Shown: piece by piece, positions 59,420 through 64,000 of the stretch | Position numbering within the stretch: the first letter of the stretch is position 1 | Layout: each line of letters opens with the position of its first letter | DNA from: Tricharina praecox | Lineage: Eukaryota | Assembly (NCBI RefSeq): GCF_024521635.1 | Contig: NW_026250414.1 | Location: 496,001-560,000, forward strand | DNA length: 64,000 nucleotides | Reading direction: 5' to 3' | Program-made: the position numbers and the translations under genes | The notes under the pieces: generated by a model | What the model was told of the DNA's origin: nothing | Database searches by the model: none | The model's input: the letters and a program-made list of their open reading frames with translations, nothing else

Positions 59420-62400
59420 TCCGTGGGGGAAAAGTGTGTGAAACGAAACAACAACAGTGGGAGAACAGGCAGTGAGGGTTGGTGATCGAGAGGCCGGCGA
59501 TGGGGGGGCTTGCACGCCGAGCGTAATGGAGGTGGAGAAAACGGCGAGAGGTTGGTTGAACGAGAGATAAATGCTCGAATGGTCCCTTTTGTGGTCCAAA
59601 ATGGCTATATATCCCTCCGTGGAGTAACCTCCTCTCCTGCTTGGGAGGTGGTGGTGGCTGTTCCACCACTCCGCCGACGCCCGTGCTGCTAAGATCGAGG
59701 CTGATAGGTTCCCCAGCTCACGCACACGACAGCAGTGGCACTTCCTGTTGTGGAAATGTCGCGTGCGCCGTTGGACGGCTGTGATTGGCTCACCGGGGCT
59801 TTGCGGGAATCCGTAAAGTCTGCAGGGGTCAGCAAGGTGCAAGACTGCAAGTCCGCTTCGTTTGATCTGAGCACGTTTCTGGCCGAGAGGTGGGTAACTA
59901 AGGGGAGCGCAGACAGCCCCCCCACATTTTACTTATAGGAAAACCGTTGTGGATCTCGAGACGCCTGAAGAGCTTATCCCCCTCCACGCTCAAGCAAGCA
60001 AGGCGATGGATGGATGCGGGATGGCCTGCGGGGATGCGTGAACTGGGCGTCCGCGCAAGCTTCCATGTGGGGCTTTCAACGTCGTCGTCGATGTCATAAA
60101 ACCTCACCCACGTGGGGCGGCGAGATCATCGACTTCAAAGCTCGAATTCAGGCCAGAGCTCGGGAAAGGGAACGGTGCTCGATCATCACTTTATCTCGGC
60201 GCATGTATGTATGAATCATGATACGTGGACGGAGTCAAATTCACCTTGGCGGCGCGCCAGCGGTGGCTGTGCAAGGCTATTCCGGATGTTGGCGTGTCCG
60301 CATCACTGGTGATCACTCACTGGTATATACCGCTTCTCGGCGTAATATTCATCCCGTCCTTTCAAGTCCAGCAAGGCCGTATGCGGCAATGAATTGATGT
60401 TCTCTCTCTCTCCCGTGCTTCCAAGAAGTTCCCATCTACGACGACAACGACATCCACTCATCCCTCTTGCCCGCCCCATTCCGCCCAGCATCAATCATTC
60501 AGCACTCAGCAGCAATTCTCTCGCATATGACATGCACGATGGTCACGGATCCGAGCACCACGCCACGATGTATGTACGTATTCGGCCATGGTTCGACGTC
60601 CTCGAGACTCGAGAGCCTGTCGATACCATATCTCTCGTAGTCCAACTACCTATTTCGATCTATCATATCTGCTCCCAATCTCTAGTTCAGTGGAACTGCT
60701 AACCGTGGGCTGCTTACTACCTCGGCTATCTGCCTGGACGGTTTGATGTACTCTACATATGTGGCTCAGTTGCGTCCGCTTGGTGCATACACGCAGGACA
60801 GCTACAGTCATGTACGAAGGAAGGGCTGGTCTTGATTTCGTCCGCTCAAGGTTACCGGTATCCTGCCTACGAAGCCACAGGTGCCATACACACACCCTAA
60901 TTGTAGCTCCATTGGTTTGGTGTGTAGGATTGTGAACTGATTTGACATCCATGGTGCCTTTAGTAGCTAATGCGGAATGAGATATGGCCTAGGTATATAG
61001 CAGTCAGCTACGGACATAGATACCATCGTCGTCGTCCGTATCGAAACGTTTGGTGTACGATGCAAACAGCAGCGCAGGCCAAAACATCATGAACGGACCT
61101 GTATGAGATTTACGGGCCCGAGAAGCGTGCGAACAAACAGCCCTGCGATATCGATACGTCTCAAGAGTCAACTGACGTGATGGAAACTGCACCTTGGAAG
61201 ATCTACGGTGCAGGCTGTCAAATCTTCGGCTTCTACATGGTACATAGCCTCGCGAATCACCAGCCCGACACAGCGGCTGCATGGGGGGGAAGCCAATGAA
61301 ATTAAAGGATCGCTTTAAGCTACCTATGACATCGTGTTGGCCCTTGGGACGTTGTCGCTGTCGGTGGACGGCGTTTGAGGACTTGATCGATAATCGATTT
61401 CGTTCGTTGCACTGATAATCTCTATGCGTGATGTAACGATTGCCATGAAACTGCAACTCGTGGGTCGTGGGTCGCACTGCGCTTGTGCTCTTGGATGTTG
61501 GGACCGACCGACCGACCGACCACCGGCGTTTCAGACGTGTATGAACCGAGGGCCCTTTAGCCGCTGGCTGTCGGCGGATATATACTCTACCTACCCCACG
61601 GCAGGCTAGGTAGGAAGGTACTTGAAGCTGTCGACTTCCCAACTGCGATGCAGTTTCTCATGTTTGAGATGCACTTTCCTACATACATTAGGTACATACT
61701 TGCTGGAGCAGGACTCGGTATGTACATACATGGAGGGTCCAGCAACCTAGGAGAAGATGTTACTTTTTCGTTTCAACTGGCGAAGGTGATGATTGTTTGC
61801 CAGTCAGCGCCACAGCACAGCTCGCCGCTTAAGCTGAGGTTGGAGCTGGGTTAACTAAGCGCTGCAGCGTGGAAGTTTCGCGCGCCCGCCGACGGCGACC
61901 AATCAGCCTTGGTCGTTCGGGCTCGTTTGCATGCCCTCGTCCGCTATTTCGAGAACGAAGCATGGAAACCTTCAGGCACCAGCGATGGTGGGCTTCATAT
62001 GATGCGACCAATCGAACACAGAGAGATCAGCTTTTCGTTTTCGCTTCGACGCAGGGCCGACGCGTATAGTAGAGATTGGCTGCGAGTCTGTGACTCGGCC
62101 AGCCGCGTGGCTCAGCTGATGCTCTTCTTGACAAATACTATACCGTACATGCCCTCCGCAGCCCGCTGTGCGAAGGCGATATCGGCGGATCTCACTGTGA
62201 CTACCTATCCTGATTCCTATGTACGAGATCCATCATCCGTGTGGACTCGCTATTTCTGGATGGGGTTTGCACGTCGACTCTCGACTCTCTAGTCGTCGAC
62301 TGCATGCGTGGTTTCATCTCGCCGAGTCTACCCCCATCCCAAACGATACCTCCGACATCCATGTTTCGAGCCAACAGCGGACGCAGATGGCGGATCTCAC

Positions 62401-62867
62401 TCGACAGAGTGGGGACCCTGCGCTTCCTTGCATAGCGTCTAGACTCTGGTTACCGAATGCCAGTGTACCAGATATCGAAAGAGAGTTATCCCGGTAGATT
62501 CTCACGTTGGAACGTCAAGGCTTAGTTCTCGCTTCCTTCTGTTACAGGCGTACAGCCATCCTCCTCCAGGCTCCCCCAGCGCCTGGCCGGCCGGAGGTTT
62601 GTATATCTCCCTCCTCCTGTCCCGCCCTCCGCAGCTGTTCCTTACCACTCACCTCATCATCCGTAGCTCCAGGCGATTACTTGCCTCCTCCGTTCTTCTT
62701 CTTCGTTCTCTTTCATTCTCTTTTCCATTTGATATCCCAGGTGGATCGGTATATTTACATTTTATATCCCTTACTATTTTAATTCTCCGTCCATATAATC
62801 GAATCGCTGCTCCGTGAGCCAGCATCACCAAATCTGACATCCACACCACATCAACATCAACATCACC

Positions 62868-63867
62868 ATGGCAATCTTCAGGAACCTTCTCACGTGTGCA
62901 ATCGCCTTCAGTGGGCTATCCACCGCCCTCCCGCACAGCAGACGACAAGAAGCTGCGGCGCCAGGCCTGACAGATATGCAGATTCTGCAATTGTGCGCCG
63001 CACCTCATCCACCCCACCCATGCGCCTGCTAACCTTCGCAGCGCCCTAACACTCGAGCACCTCGAGTCCGCCTTCTACACGGAAGGCTTCGCGAAGTTCC
63101 CCGCGGCAGACTTCCTTGCGCTGGGGCTCGACCAAGCAACGATCGACGGCCTACAGGCCATCGGCAAAACCGAAGCAACGCACGTCATCGTGCTCTCAGA
63201 CACGATCACCTCTCTCGGGGGGACGCCCGTTCCCGCCTGCACCTACAAATTCAACCTGATCGACGCCGCATCCATGATCGCGACGGCGCGGGTTCTCGAA
63301 GCGGTCGGGATATCCGCATACCTCGGCGCAGCCCCACTGGTGAGCGAAAAAGCGATCCTGAGCGCCGCGGCGTCAATCGTTACCGTCGAGGCGCGCCACC
63401 AGACGTTTATCCGCACCGCGCTGAACGCCCAGCCCGTGCCGCAGGCGTTCGATGCCGCCATCGGCCCGCTGCAGATCTTTACGCTCGCCGCGGGGTTCAT
63501 CGATGTGTGTCCCGAGGCGGCGAACCTGGGGCTCACACCCCTCGCCCCGCTGAATGTTCTTGACGCCGGGAGTATACGTGCCGGCAGCGCGCTGAAGATG
63601 ACGGTGCCTGATGCGGCGAGGGAGGCGGGGCTTAGCTGTACTTTCACTACTGGAGATGGTGGCCTGGTGTTCGCTAAGTTTGAGAATGGCGGCTGTGTGG
63701 TCCCTGATGGACTAGGTGGTGAGGTGTTCATGACGGTCACTACCGAGGCCGAGGGCGTTAAGGTCCTTGATGATACGAAGATTGTCGCTGGGTAGGTTAT
63801 CCCGACGATACTATCTGAGAGCGTCACTAACGCACTAAATAGGCCCGCTGTGCTGGTGCTGTCATAG
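62868..63867 (+). CDS. Secreted ferritin-like (Ferritin_2, Rds1-type stress) protein
   Basis: Signal peptide, DMQILQFALTLEHLESAFY, EATHV, LEAVGISAYLGAA, SIVTVEARH; two introns (~62994-63040, ~63792-63842); TATATAA at ~62793. Confidence 0.9.
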
Positions 63868-64000
63868 TACACCACTCCATCCAACCATCCAGCCAGCCAG
63901 CAATAACAGCCCGTGTACTATGTAATCACACCTCCTCGCCCATGCCCATACCGTCGACGTCGAGCGTCGAGCGTCGCATATCACAATTTCCTTTGTTTCC

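Overview
Eukaryotic, intron-containing, gene-dense DNA from a filamentous ascomycete (GT-AG introns of ~50-130 nt with CTRAC/CTAAC branch points; Pezizomycetes is an unverified guess). In order it contains: the 3' end of ORM1, an F-box-like/ankyrin gene, ARP1 (centractin), a nest of decayed LINE (Tad1-like, RNase H-bearing) fragments, a signal-peptide kelch/TM protein gene, a WDR7/Rabconnectin-3beta-like WD40 gene, another LINE remnant, GLE1, a MITE, SSD1 with a very long spliced AUG-free leader, two small Cys-start orphan ORFs, MRC1, STE7 MAPKK, a LINE remnant, ILV5, tRNA-Val(AAC), a Clr5-domain gene fused to an NLR-like helical remnant, NOP4, a bHLH factor and a secreted ferritin-like (Rds1-type) protein. 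Main non-obvious signals: (1) at least six LINE 3' ends sharing terminal motifs, two sharing a covarying 3'-UTR stem-loop, most lying 270-450 nt past a host stop codon in convergent orientation; (2) the SSD1 leader with clustered Ssd1-type CNYUCNYU motifs; (3) the WDR7-like gene; (4) the Clr5 plus P-loop-less NB-ARC-like fusion. All calls are by eye; no database searches were run.
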